In this document: positions 13,001-24,519 of the stretch, in pieces | Layout: each line of letters begins with the position of its first letter | How positions within the stretch are numbered: position 1 is the first letter of the stretch | Origin: Squalus acanthias | Lineage: Eukaryota | Assembly: GCA_030390025.1 (NCBI GenBank) | Contig: CM059432.1 | Span: 15,316,001-15,380,000, forward strand | DNA: 64,000 nucleotides | Reading direction: 5' to 3' | Made by a program: the position numbers and the translations under genes | Notes under the pieces: generated by a model | The model's input: the letters and a program-made list of their open reading frames with translations, nothing else | Told to the model about the DNA's origin: nothing | Databases searched by the model: none

Positions 13001-13896
13001 AACTAATTTTAAACAAAGACAGATTTTTTGGAGCTTCAGTTTGCGTGCCGGGATGAAAATTTCCTTTAGGTGATTATGTGGTTTGCATAAAGTCTATGGC
13101 AGGATAGATAGTCTGTGGAGTGGAGGGGGGGGGGGGGGGGACAGGCATGAAGGGCCAAATGGCCTTTTCTTACTCCAGGCTTTCTTAAATTCTTCGGTTC
13201 CAGCCAGGGAATACAAAGGAAGACCATTTTAAGTGAAAAGTGTAAAGTGCAGGTGGAACACTTATCGAGTAAAACCTTGTCAATTGCCCCTGTTGGACTG
13301 CTGGTGCCAGAATAATAATGACTACGTTGGCATAGCAATGCAAGTAAGGACCATCGCTACAGAGGGGAAGAAATGACAGCACTATTAGCACAGGGGAGTG
13401 GCATTAATTGGAAACCTCTTTCAAAGAGCTGGCACAGGCACGATGGGCCGAATGGCCTCTTTCTGTGCTGTATCATTATATGATTCTATGATTCTTTCAC
13501 ACTCAAAATGCAGCATAGTATAAGTGCCACACAGTAGTCTCCTGTACTGCTGCTTCATGCTCTTTTGATTCATAGAGATCTATCGGGGCAGTTATCTGAT
13601 TTCAATCAGTAAAAATGGATTGGGTGGAATAGGATGCCATCTAAGTTTTAAATAACAGGCAAGCTTGTGTCAGCTGCGGCACATACTAAAGTCGATCAGC
13701 TCCAAAAGTGCACTCAACTAATGCAAATGGTTTCTTACATCGGACAGCAGTTCGCTGACTGACAGCTTGATGAAATGGTAGAACGTGGCAAATTTAGGTT
13801 CACTTACGTCAAAGAAATAAAGAAAGAAAGCACTGGCATTTATATAGCACCTTTCACCTCTCACATCCAAAAGAAGATGCCGTACTTTTGAAGTGT

Positions 13897-14717
13897 CTTC
13901 TCTTCTTCTTCTTCTTCTTAGGCAGTCCCTCGGAACCGAGGATGACTTGCATCAACATTAAAAATGAGTTTGCAGGTGACTGATGAGTCCAATGCGAGTC
14001 CTACAGTCTCTGTCACAGGTGGTTGAAGGGGCGGGTGGGTGGGGTGCTTGGGTTGACGTGCGCTCCTTGCGCTGCCTGCGCTTGGCTTCCGCTTGCTCCC
14101 GGCGAAGAGACTCGAGGTGTTCAGCGCCATCCCGGATGCTTCTCCTCCACTTTGTGCGGTCTTGGGCCAGGGATTCCCAGGTGTCGGTGGGGATGTTACA
14201 CTTTTTCAAGGAGGCTTTGAGGGTGTCCTTGAAGCGTTTCCTCTGCCCACCTGGGGCTCTCTTGCCATGTCGGAGCTCTGAATAGAGCGCTTATTTTGGG
14301 AGTCTCGAATCGGGCATGTGGACAATGTGACCCATCCATCGGAGCTGATTGAGCGTGGTCAAAGCTTCGATGCAGGGGATGTTGGCCTGAGCGAGAACAC
14401 TGACGTTGGTGCACCTATCCTGCCAATGGATTTGCAGGATCTGGCAGAGGCAGCGTTGGTGGTAGCTCTCCAGTGCTTTGAGGTGCCTGCTGTACATGGT
14501 CCATGTCTCTGAGGCATACAGCGGGGCGGGTATCACTGCTGCTCTGTAGACCATGAGCTTAGTGCCGGGTTTGAGATCCTGGTCTTCAAACACTCTCTTC
14601 CTCGGGCGACCGAAGGCTGCACTGGCACACTGAAGGCGGTGTTGGACTTCGTCATCGACGTCTGCCCTTGTTGACAGTAGGCTCCTGAGGTATGGAAAGT
14701 GGTCCACGTTGTCCACG
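13897..14717 (-). mobile_element. RTE-clade LINE, 5'-truncated, with TSD
   Basis: RTE ORF2 C-terminal part, (AAG)n tail, 9-bp TSD TTGAAGTGT (13888-13896, 14718-14726). Confidence 0.85.
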
Positions 14718-14733
14718 TTGAAGTGTAGTCAAT

Positions 14734-15507
14734 GGGCTGGATTTTGTCTTGGGGTCGGGTTGGGGTCGTGTTACCCGCATTTCGTGTTGCTCCCCCCGAC
14801 TGCAGATTAATGTGGATGAATGATGCAATTTTCACTTAATTGGGCAATTGAGTTGCAGCATGTGGGAACCCATGAACCAATTAGTGGTTTGAGTCTGAAA
14901 GTCGCCTCTGATGATGTCATCATTGCAGGTCAGAGACTGCCTGCTTGGTCTCAGAGACTGCCTGGCCTTTGCTGTGAGTGGACCTGGATGCAAAATGAGA
15001 GAGAGAGAGAGAGCGAGAGAGAGAGAGAGAGAGAGAGACAGAAATTTTTTTGCATCCAGATCCTCTCACAGCAAAGGCCAGGCAGTGTCTGAAGACATTC
15101 AATGCAACAGCATCAGAGGCGGCGACTTTCAGACCTAATACTACTACTACCTTCATCACATCTCCGTTGTAATAGTGCACCTGCAGCTGATAGTCAGCTA
15201 TCCACTTGTGCTCCCGCCAGGTTTCACTGGAGTGTTTTACATCAGGCGTGCTTCACGTCAGAAAAGGGTTAAACTAGCTAAAACGTTTCAAAATGGCATT
15301 ACAGAGCCAATTTAGGGCTTGTTAAGGGCTTTAATGGCCTCTCCCGCCTCTTGGAGGCGGGACGGAGTCGGGAAACCCGTGACCGATTTTGTCAAAATTG
15401 CGTGGAGGCGGGATGGGGTCGGGATGGGGTCGGGACCCCCGACCCCGCAACTTTAACCCCCCACACGCCTCCAAACCCGACTCCACAGCTCATTCAAAAT
15501 CCAGCCC
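14734..15507. mobile_element. Harbinger-type MITE (family B, GGGCTGGATTTT TIRs) with internal hairpin
   Basis: GGGCTGGATTTTG...CAAAATCCAGCCC, TSD AAT (14731-14733, 15508-15510). Confidence 0.8.
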
Positions 15508-16005
15508 AATGTGTTAATGTAGGAAACACGTCAGCCACTTGGCACACAGCAAGATCCCACAAACAGCAAGTTAAATTAAACTATTTAGTGACTGGGCAAA
15601 CTGCTTCTCTTTGATGTGAGAGGCATCTTTCACTACACTTGAAGGGCCAAACAATGAAACATCTCACTACCTGGCACTCAGGCAGAAATGCCTCTGTAAC
15701 AGGAATGTTATTCCATTCAGCTGCATAGTATGTCATTGAAAATGTTTGGAATCTTTATTCTGTAAGTAGAGTTCCACTCTATTGGGTGTTAATTGTTCTC
15801 TAAGCAGATATCACTATTTCTGATGATAGTCTCCCCTTACTGAGTCCTGTGTGAAGTAGTCACTTAGGTTCACTTACCTCAAAGAAATAAAGAAAGAACT
15901 TGCATTTATATAGCACCTTTCACCTTTCACATCCAAAAGAAGATGCAGTACTTTTAAAATGTAGTCAATGTGTTAATGCAGCAAGGTCCCATAAACAGCA
16001 AGTGT

Positions 16006-16617
16006 AGAGACATGGACCATGTACAGCAGGCACCTCAAAGCACTGGAGAGGTACCACCAACGCTGCCTCCGCAAGATCTTGCAAATCCACTGGCAGGATA
16101 GGCACACCAACGTCAGTGTTCTCGCTCAGGCCAACATCCCGATCATCAAAGCTTTGACCACGCTCGATCAGCTCCGATGGACGGGCCACATCATCCGCAT
16201 GCCCGATACGAGACTCCCAAAACAAGCGCTCTACTCGGAGCTCCGACGTGGCAAGAGAGGCCCAGGTGGGCAGAGGAAACGCTTCAAGGACACCCTCAAA
16301 GCCTCCTTGAAAAAGTGCAACATCCCCACCGACACCTGGGAATCCCTGGCCAAGACCGCACAAAGTGGAGGAGAAGCATCCGGGAAGGCCCCGAGCACCT
16401 CGAGTCTCTTCGCCGGGAGCAAGCGGAAGCCAAGCGCAAGCAGCGCAAGGAGCGCACGTCAACCCAAGCACCCCACCCACCCGCCCCTTCAACCACCGTC
16501 TGCCCCACCTGTGACAGAGACTGTAGGTCCCGCATTGGACTCATCAGTCACCTGAGAACTCATTTTTAATGTGGAAGCAAGTCATCCTCGGTTCCGAGGG
16601 ACTGCCTAAGAAGAAGA
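16006..16617 (+). mobile_element. RTE-clade LINE, 5'-truncated
   Basis: YSRHLKALERYHQRCLRKILQIHWQD...HLRTHF with one frameshift; AAG tail. Confidence 0.85.
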
Positions 16618-16689
16618 GTCTCAACCAAGGTCAAAACTGACCATAATTCTCGATGATGTAAGAAATGGAAAGAGAAGGATGAGAGGTGA

Positions 16690-17405
16690 CTTCTATTTCC
16701 CGCACTTCTGCTCTCACCCCATCCCCTCCCTCCCGGAACCACGATAGGGTTCCCCTTGTCCTCACCTTTCACCCCACCAGCCTCCACATTCAATGGATCA
16801 TCCTCCGTCATTTCCGCCACCTCCAGCGTGATCCCACCACCAAACACATCTTCCCCTCCCCTCCCTTCTCAGCATTCTGAAGGGACCGCTCGCTCCGCGA
16901 CACCCTGGTCCACTCCTCTATCACCCCCAACACCCCTTCCCCTTCGCCCGGCACCTTCACGTGCAAGCACAGGAGATGCAACACATGCCCTTTTACCTCC
17001 TCCCTTCCCACTGTCCAGGGCCCCAAACACTCCTTCCAGGTGAAACAGCGATTTATTTGTACTTCTTGCAATTTAGTATACTGTATTCGCTGCTCATGAT
17101 GCGGTTTCCTCTACATTTGGAAGACCAAACGCAGATCGGGTGACCGCTTTGCGGAACATCTCCGTTCAGTCCATAAGGGTGACCCCGAGCTTCCGGTCGC
17201 CTGTCACTTTAATTCTCCGCTCCACTCCCACTCTGACCTCTCCGTCCTCGGCCTCTTACACTGTTCCAATGAAGCTCAATGTAAGCTCGAGGAACAGCAC
17301 CTTATCTTTCGATTAGGCACTTTACAGCCTTCTGGACTCGACACTGAGTTCAACAATTTCAGACTATAACCTCTGCCCCAATCTTTTTTTTTCCATTTTT
17401 TTTTT
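16690..17405 (+). mobile_element. Degenerate Penelope-like element fragment (linker + GIY-YIG region)
   Basis: Similar to the C-terminal part of ORF 42245-44530 (NHDRVPLVLTFHPTS...), with in-frame stops. Confidence 0.85.
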
Positions 17406-17482
17406 CTCTATCGCACATGGGGGCGATGTGGGGGTTCCTGAGGTTTCTATGCTGCGTCAAGCATGTTGTTAATGGACAAATG

Positions 17483-17730
17483 CTACTTCTTTACTCAAAG
17501 AGTGGTGAGAATATGGAACTCACTACCACAGGGAGTGGTTGAAGCGAATAGTATAGATGCATTTAAGGGGAGGCTAGACAAGCATATGCGGGAGAAGGGA
17601 ATAGAGGGTTATGTTGATAGATTTAGATGAGGAAAGACGGGAGGAGGCTCGAGTGGAGCATAAACGCCGGCATGAACTGCTTGGGCCGAATGGCCTGTTT
17701 CTGTGCCGTATAGCCTATGTAATCCTATGT
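17483..17730 (+). mobile_element. CR1-clade LINE 3' end
   Basis: Same 3' end as the 31675-32208 copy, including the cctatgtaatcctatgta tail. Confidence 0.75.
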
Positions 17731-18071
17731 ACTTCTGCATATTACCTGTGATTTATTTGAGACCAGAGTGCTTGATGGTAAACACAGGGTGTAAACAAAA
17801 TGGTGTCCTGTTCCCCAGCACCCCACTATCCTCCCCTGAAGCTCCTGACTCTCGCTGGGCACAGTTCCATGGGTCTAGCACCCAATCAGCACCTCACCAA
17901 AGAGAGCCATTCTTCATGTGTAAGGCTTCACAGTGAATATCAGCGGGTAATTATACAGTGGGAGGCATCCTAGCCAACTGTAGCACCGCCCTCAGCTGAG
18001 ATCAGGCAACTCCGCGCACACCTGGGAGTTCTGGCCATGTTCTGGGCTATTGTAGCTGCATTTATCCATCG

Positions 18072-18497
18072 TCTTCTTCTTCTTAGGCAGTCCCTCGGAA
18101 CCGAGGATGACTTGCTTCCACATTAAAAATGAGTTCTCAGGTGACTGATGAGTCCAATGCGGGACCTACAGTCTCTGTCACAGGTGGGGCAGACGGTGGT
18201 TGAAGGGGCGGGTGGTTGGGGTGCTTGGGTTGACGTGCGCTCCTTGCGCTGTTTGCGTTTGGCTTCCGCTTGCTCCCGGCGAAGAGACTCGAGGTGTTCG
18301 GCACCTTCCCGGATGCTTCTCCTCCACTTTGTGCGGTCTTGGGCCAGGGATTCCCAGGTGTCGGTGGGGATGTTGCACTTTTTCAAGGAGGCTTTGAGGG
18401 TGTCCTTGAAGCGTTACCTCTGCCCACCTGGGGCTCTCTTGTCGTGTTTGGTGCTGGGTTTGAGGTCCTGGTCTTCAAACACTCTCTTCCTCAGGCA
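18072..18497 (-). mobile_element. RTE-clade LINE 3' fragment, internally deleted
   Basis: KKCNIPTDTWESLAQDRTKW...HLRTHF; AAG tail. Confidence 0.8.
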
Positions 18498-19353
18498 CTC
18501 CATCATGCTATCCAGATCAGTCCCTGACCATTTCTTCCCTTGACGAGCACCAAAAAAGAGAGCTAAGTATAACAAGTATACAGAACAGACTCACCGATAA
18601 CCAACTAGTCGCAATTGGGTCAGTCCAGTACTTTTTAACATGGAGAGATGAAGCTAACTACAGGACACTCACAAAAGACCCAATATTCTTCCAATTACTA
18701 TTCTATTATATAGGGGCAGTGACACAGATACTGAAGTAATAATGCGACCATCACAGATTGCAGTAAAGGAGCTCACAGTGTACAATACCGCCTGAGGACA
18801 GCTTAAGTCCTTGTCATTTTCTATTAATAATTTTCTCCTTTGACGTTTGTCTTCATCAATTCCAAATTCTGCACTGTAAAAGTTTGCAACAATACTCCCA
18901 CTAGACCTAAGACTTTGCTGTAAAAAATAAATTGGATATCCATTCTAATAAAACGCTGCATTATTAATGGTTTTCCAGCAGTTACTATGATGTAGTTCTT
19001 TGACCGTTCTCAAATACGTGTGTTTACGTTCTACAGGCCAATGTACAGTCAACGAAAGCACAAAGGGGGCTAAATTGGATAGCCCCCGAAAATGGGCGTA
19101 GGGATTGCGATGCGCAGTTAACCCGTGCCCATTGATTGAAATGCAGACTGCACGCCATCTTCGTGCTACCTGCTGCTTAGCATGCTTGCTAACCGCGCTG
19201 TTCATTGGCTGCACGCATCAGCGAGGGGGCCCAAAATCCTCACTTCCGAGCACCACTTAAAGCTAGCCTGCACTTAAAGGGGAGGTGCATTGTGCCTGGA
19301 GCAGGTGCTGGAAGTCGTGCAGGAAGTGAATCTCACCTGGGAAACAGTGAAGA

Positions 19354-19592
19354 ATGGCACAACATGGGAGAGAGCGGGCTCCAAGGTTTTCGAACGCTGC
19401 ACTGGGGGACTTGGTGAAGGAGGTGGAAAGTAGGAGAGATGTCCTGTATCCGCAGGGGGCCTGGAAGCCCTCCAGGCTCACGCTCAAAAGGCAGTGGGAG
19501 CAGATAGCCGTAGAGGTCAATGCCAGGAGACTAGCCCCAAGGACCTGGATGCAGTGCCGCAAGACGTTCAATGACCTCACACGAGTGGTCAC
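19354..19592 (+). pseudogene. Myb/SANT-like (trihelix, Myb_DNA-bind_5 / NAIF1-MSANTD type) DNA-binding domain, probably the first coding exon of a Harbinger accessory gene
   Basis: MAQHGRERAPRFSNAALGDLVKEVESRRDVLY...KRQWEQIAVEVNA...RTWMQCRKTFNDL fits the R.PRFS...W..IA..VN...RT..QCRK.F.DL signature. Confidence 0.75.
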
Positions 19593-19892
19593 GATCAGAG
19601 AATGCATCTTCAAATGCCACACCACACCCTGTAGAATTTTTTGCAACTTGAAACAACTATGGACAGCACCAAGCACTTGTAATTGTACCAACAGCAAGAA
19701 GAAATCAACCAGCAACTAACCTGTAAGTAGTTGATGATCTCTTTAAATAGCGCTGGTGGTGGATTCTTCATTCTGCTTAACACGTGTTGAACTGTGCAAG
19801 GGTGTCGGCCGGTGTGGAGTTACAAAATGGCAAAGCTGGCGTCAAATCAGCTCTGCATACTTCTGGCGGACGTTAGCAGTGTACACGCTAAA

Positions 19893-20443
19893 GCAAGATC
19901 CTACAAATCCATTGGCAGGATAGGCGCACCAACGTCAGTGTTCTCGCTCAGGCCAACATCCCTAGCATCGAAGCTTTGACCACGCTCGATCAGCTCCGAT
20001 GGAGGGGTCACATCGTCCGCATGCCCGATACGAGACTCCCAAAACAAGCGCTGTACTCGGAGCTCCGACACAGCAAGAGAGCCCCAGGTGGGCAAAGGAA
20101 ACGCTTCAAGGACACCCTCAAAAGCCTCCTTGAAAAAGTGTAACATCCCCACTGACACCTGGGAATCCCTGGCCCAAGACCGCACAAAGTGGAGGAGAAG
20201 CATCCGGGAAGGCGCCGAACACCTCGAGTCTCTTCGCCGGGAGCAAGCGGAAGCCAAGCGCAAGCAGCGCAAGGAGCGCACGTCAACCCAAGCACCCCAC
20301 CCACCCGCCCCTTCAACACCGTCTGCCCCACCTGTGACAGAGACTGTAGGTCCCACATCAGACTCATCAGTCACCTGAGAACTCATTATTAGTGTGGAAG
20401 CAAGTCATCCTCGGTTCCGAGGGACTGCCTAAGAAGAAGAAGA
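19893..20443 (+). mobile_element. RTE-clade LINE, 5'-truncated
   Basis: Same family as the other RTE copies; (AAG)n tail at about 20431-20443. Confidence 0.85.
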
Positions 20444-21224
20444 ATGCCTTCACCAAGATGGCGTCCAGCGTGATTCATGGCAGAAATATGTGCGCGTTCA
20501 CCAGACGGCATTTTGGTCCCCGACTGGCACCTGTCGCACCCAAACAATGGCCGCTACCAAGCCCAATAACGCGCCCAAAATGGCAGAGTGTTTCAATGCT
20601 CAAGATTAAAACTATTATCTTGCATCTCAAGTAATTCTTTCCAAGTATCTTTCACCATCAATTTCTAGATGAAATTGCTAAATGCTAACAAGTTCTTATT
20701 TTTAACCAATGACTTGTTCAATTCTCTACACGGAACACAGAGGCAGCTCATGAATTGCTTGAAATTGCTTTTATTCACTTTCTGATATTAAAATCAATGG
20801 CTTTTGGAATGAATATTTTTTTTCCTCACAGAGCACACTGAGAGATGCAAATGTCATGAAAATTTCATTCATTCATTACTTTGGCCTTCAAGTGTTTTAC
20901 CTTCACCCACCCCCCCCCCCCACCCCGCCCCCTTGATAAATGCAATTTGCAGTGACCTTTTCCATCACCCATTAAAATTCATGCAGTGACAGGTTACTTT
21001 TTAAAGTGGAAAAGCAATGGCAGTAAAGTGGGGGCGGGCACCGGTTATGCGAAATAATGAATCACGATGGCTCAGTGAGCAGAGGGCTCCAGCTGTTGGG
21101 ACACTGGGCCACACGGATCACGGGGTGAATGCTCCGGCTGCGCTACAGCCCCTCGGCAAGTCAGCAGAAAATCAGCAGAAGTTCTTCCGTGACCGCTGAG
21201 GCTCAGTGGATAGCACTCTTACCA

Positions 21225-23940
21225 TAGAAACATAGAAGATAGGAGCAGGAGTAGGCTATTCGGCCCCTCGAGCCTGCTCCGCCATTTAATGAGATCATGG
21301 CTGATCATCCAAATTCAGTACCCTGTCCCTGCTTTCTCCCCATATCCCTTGGTCCCTTTAGCCTAAAGAAATATATCTCACTCCTTCTTGAATATATTTA
21401 ATGATTTGGCCTCAACTGCCTTCTGTGGTAGAGAATTCCGCAGGTTCACCACTCTCTGGGTGAAGAAATTCCTCCTCATCTCAGTCCTAAATGGCTTACC
21501 CCTTATCCTTAGACTGTGACCTCTGGTTCTGGACTCCCCCACCATCGGGAACATCCTTCCTGCATTTAGTCTATCTAGTCCTGTTAGAATTTTATAAGTT
21601 TCAATGAGATCCCCTCTCATTCTTCTAAACTCTAGCGAATATAAGCCTAATCGACCCAATCTCTCTTCATACGTCATTCCTGCCATCCCAGGTATCAGTC
21701 TGTTGAATCTTCGCTGCACTCCCTCCATGGCAAGAACATCCTTTCTCAGATAAGGCGACCAAAACTGCACACAATACTCAAGGTGTGGTCTCACCAAGGC
21801 CCTGTACAACTGCAGCAAGACATCCTTGCTCCTGTACTCGAATCCTCTCGCTATGAAGGTCAACATACCATTTGCCTTCTTAACCGCCTGCTGCACCTGC
21901 ATACTTACCTTCAGCGACTGGTGCACAAGGACACCCAGGTCTCGTTGCCCTTCCCCTTTTCCCAATCTATTGCCGTTCAGATAATAATCTGTCTTCCTGT
22001 TTTTGCCAGCAAAGTGGATAACCTCACATTTATCCACATTATACTGCATGTGCCATGCATCTGCCCAATCACCCAACCTGTCCAAATCATATTGGAATTT
22101 CTCTGCATCCTCCTCACAGCACACACGCCCACCCAGCTTTGTGTTGTCTGCAAACTTGGAGATATTACATCTAGTTCCCTCGCCTAGATCATTTATATAT
22201 ATTGTGAATAGCTGGGGTCCTAGCACCGATCCCTGCGGTACTCCACTAGTCACTGCCTGTCACTCGGAAAAAGACCCGTTTATTCCAACTCTTTGCTTCC
22301 TGTCTGCCAACCGGTTCTCTATCCAAGTCAGTACCTTACCCCCAATCCCATGTGCTTTAACTTTGCACGCCAATCTCTTATGCGGGACCTTACCAAAGCC
22401 TTCTGAAGGTCCAAATACACCACATCCACTGGTTCTCCCTTATCTATCCTACCAGTTACATCCTCAAAAAATTCCAGTAGATTAGTCAAGCATGATTTAC
22501 CTTTTGTAAATCCATGTTGACTTTGTCCGATCCTGTCACTGTTTTCCAAGTGCTCTGCTATTACATCTTTTATAATGGACTCTAGCATTTTCCCCACTAC
22601 CGATGTCAGGCTTACCGGTCTATAATTCCCGTTTTCTCTCTCCCACCTTTTTTAAATAGTGGGGTTACATTAGCTACCCTCCAATCCATGGGAACTGTTC
22701 CAGAGTCCATAGAATTTTGGAAGATGACCAGCAATGCATCTACTATTTCTAGGGCCACTTCCTTAAGTACCCTAGGATGTAGATTATCAGGCCCTGGAGA
22801 TTTATCGGCCTTCAATCCTGTCAATTTCCCTAACACCATTTCCCTACAAATACTGATTTCATTCAATTCCTCCCTCTCATTAGACCCTATGTTCTCTGAC
22901 ATCTCTGGGAGGTTATTTGTGTCCTCCTTTGTGAAGACAGAACCAAAGTATGTATTTAATTGGTCTGCCATTTCTTTGTTCCCATTATAAATTCCCCTGA
23001 TTCTGACTGCAAGGGACCTACCCTTGACTTCACCAATCTTTTTCTCTTCACATATCTATAGAAGCTTTTGCAGTCAGTTTTTATGTTCCCTGAAAGCTTA
23101 CTCTCATATTCTATTTTCTCCCTCTTAATTAATCCCTTTGTCCTCTTTTGCTGAATCCTAAACTGCTCCCAATCCTCAGGTTTGATTCTTTTTCTGACCA
23201 ATTTATATGTCCTCTCCTTGGATCTTATGCTATCCCTAATTTCCCTTGTTAGCCACGGTTGAGTCACCTTTTTTGTTTTATTTTTATGCCAAACAGGGAT
23301 GAACAAATTCTGTAGTTCATCCATGCGATCTTTAAATGTTTGCCATTGCCTATCCACCGTCAATCCTTTAAGTAACGCTCCCCAATCCATCCTAGCCAAC
23401 TCGCGCCTCATACCATCGTAGTTTCCTTTATTTAAATTCAGGACCGCAGTCTCTGAGTCAACTACTTCACTCTCCATCTTAATGAAGAATTCTATCATAT
23501 TATGATCGCTCCTCCCCAAGGGGCCTCGCACAACAAGATTGCTAATTAATCCTTTCTCATTACATAATACCCAGTCTAAGATGGCCTGATCTCTAGTTGG
23601 TTCCTCGACATATTGGTCAATGAAACCATCCCGTATGCACTCTAGGAATTCCTCTTCCACAGTATTGTTACTAATTTGGTTAGCCCAATCTATATGTAGA
23701 TTAAAGTCACCCATGATAACTGCTGTGCCCTTATTGCACGCATCTCTAATTTCCCGTTTAATGCCATCCCCAACCTCAGCATTACTGTTTGGGGGTCTGT
23801 ATACAACTCTCACTAACGTTTTCTGCCCCTTGGTATTTCTCAGCTCTACCCATACAGATTCCACATCATCAGAGCTAATATCCTTCCTTACTATTGTGTT
23901 AATCTCCTCTTTAACCAGCAATGCTACCCCACCTCCTTTT
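21225..23940 (-). mobile_element. CR1-clade LINE (HER1-like), 5'-truncated in the AP endonuclease, frameshifted ORF2
   Basis: APE motifs (VYRPP, GDFN, LDWVL, SDH), RT motifs (QHGF, SGVPQGSVLGP, FADN), tandem-repeat tail, imperfect TSD CACTCTT(A/G)CCA (21214-21224, 23941-23951). Confidence 0.9.
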
Positions 23941-24325
23941 CACTCTTGCCACTGGGTCAGAAGATTGTGGGCTCAAGTCTCACTCCAGGGTACTGAGTGA
24001 GTGCTGTGCTGTCGGAGGGGCCGCCTTTTGGAGGAGAGGTCAAAACGAGGCCCTGTATTCCCTCTCAGGTGGATGCAAAAGATCCAATGACACCTTTCAA
24101 AGGAAGAGTTTTGCCCAGTGTCCTGGCCAACATTTATCCCTCAACCAACATCACTAGAAAGATTATCTGGTCATTATCACATTGTTGTTTGTGGGAGCTT
24201 GCTGTGTGCAAATTGGCTGCCAAATTTGCTACATTATAACATTGGCTACACTTCAAAAAGTAGTTGGCTGTAAAGGGCTTTGGGATGTGACAGGCACTAT
24301 AGAAATGCAAGTTCTTTCTTTCTTC
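23941..24325 (+). mobile_element. Deu-domain SINE whose tRNA head starts at ~21195 and is split by the CR1
   Basis: gctcagtggatagcactctt at ~21201-21220 continues at 23941 into the SINE body. Confidence 0.7.
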
Positions 24326-24519
24326 TTCCCCAGTTTCCCCCCTGCGATAAAGTAGATGTCAGGTGAGGATAGGATTGGCTGCGATGCCCTCAGCAGTGAC
24401 ATAGTCTGTTCACTGTCGAGGCTCATAGGACAATTTGTGTTTGGGCAGCCAGCATCTCTGAACCCGTGCCCCTCCAAGAGTTGGCACATTCAGGGCAGGG
24501 AGGGAAAAAAATGTTAGGA

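Larger units (their letters stand above)
19066..20585 (+). mobile_element. PIF/Harbinger-derived element carrying a Myb/SANT-like gene fragment, interrupted by an RTE
   Basis: Left end GGGGCTAAATTGG resembles Harbinger TIRs; Myb-like ORF at 19354; right end not clearly defined. Confidence 0.55.
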
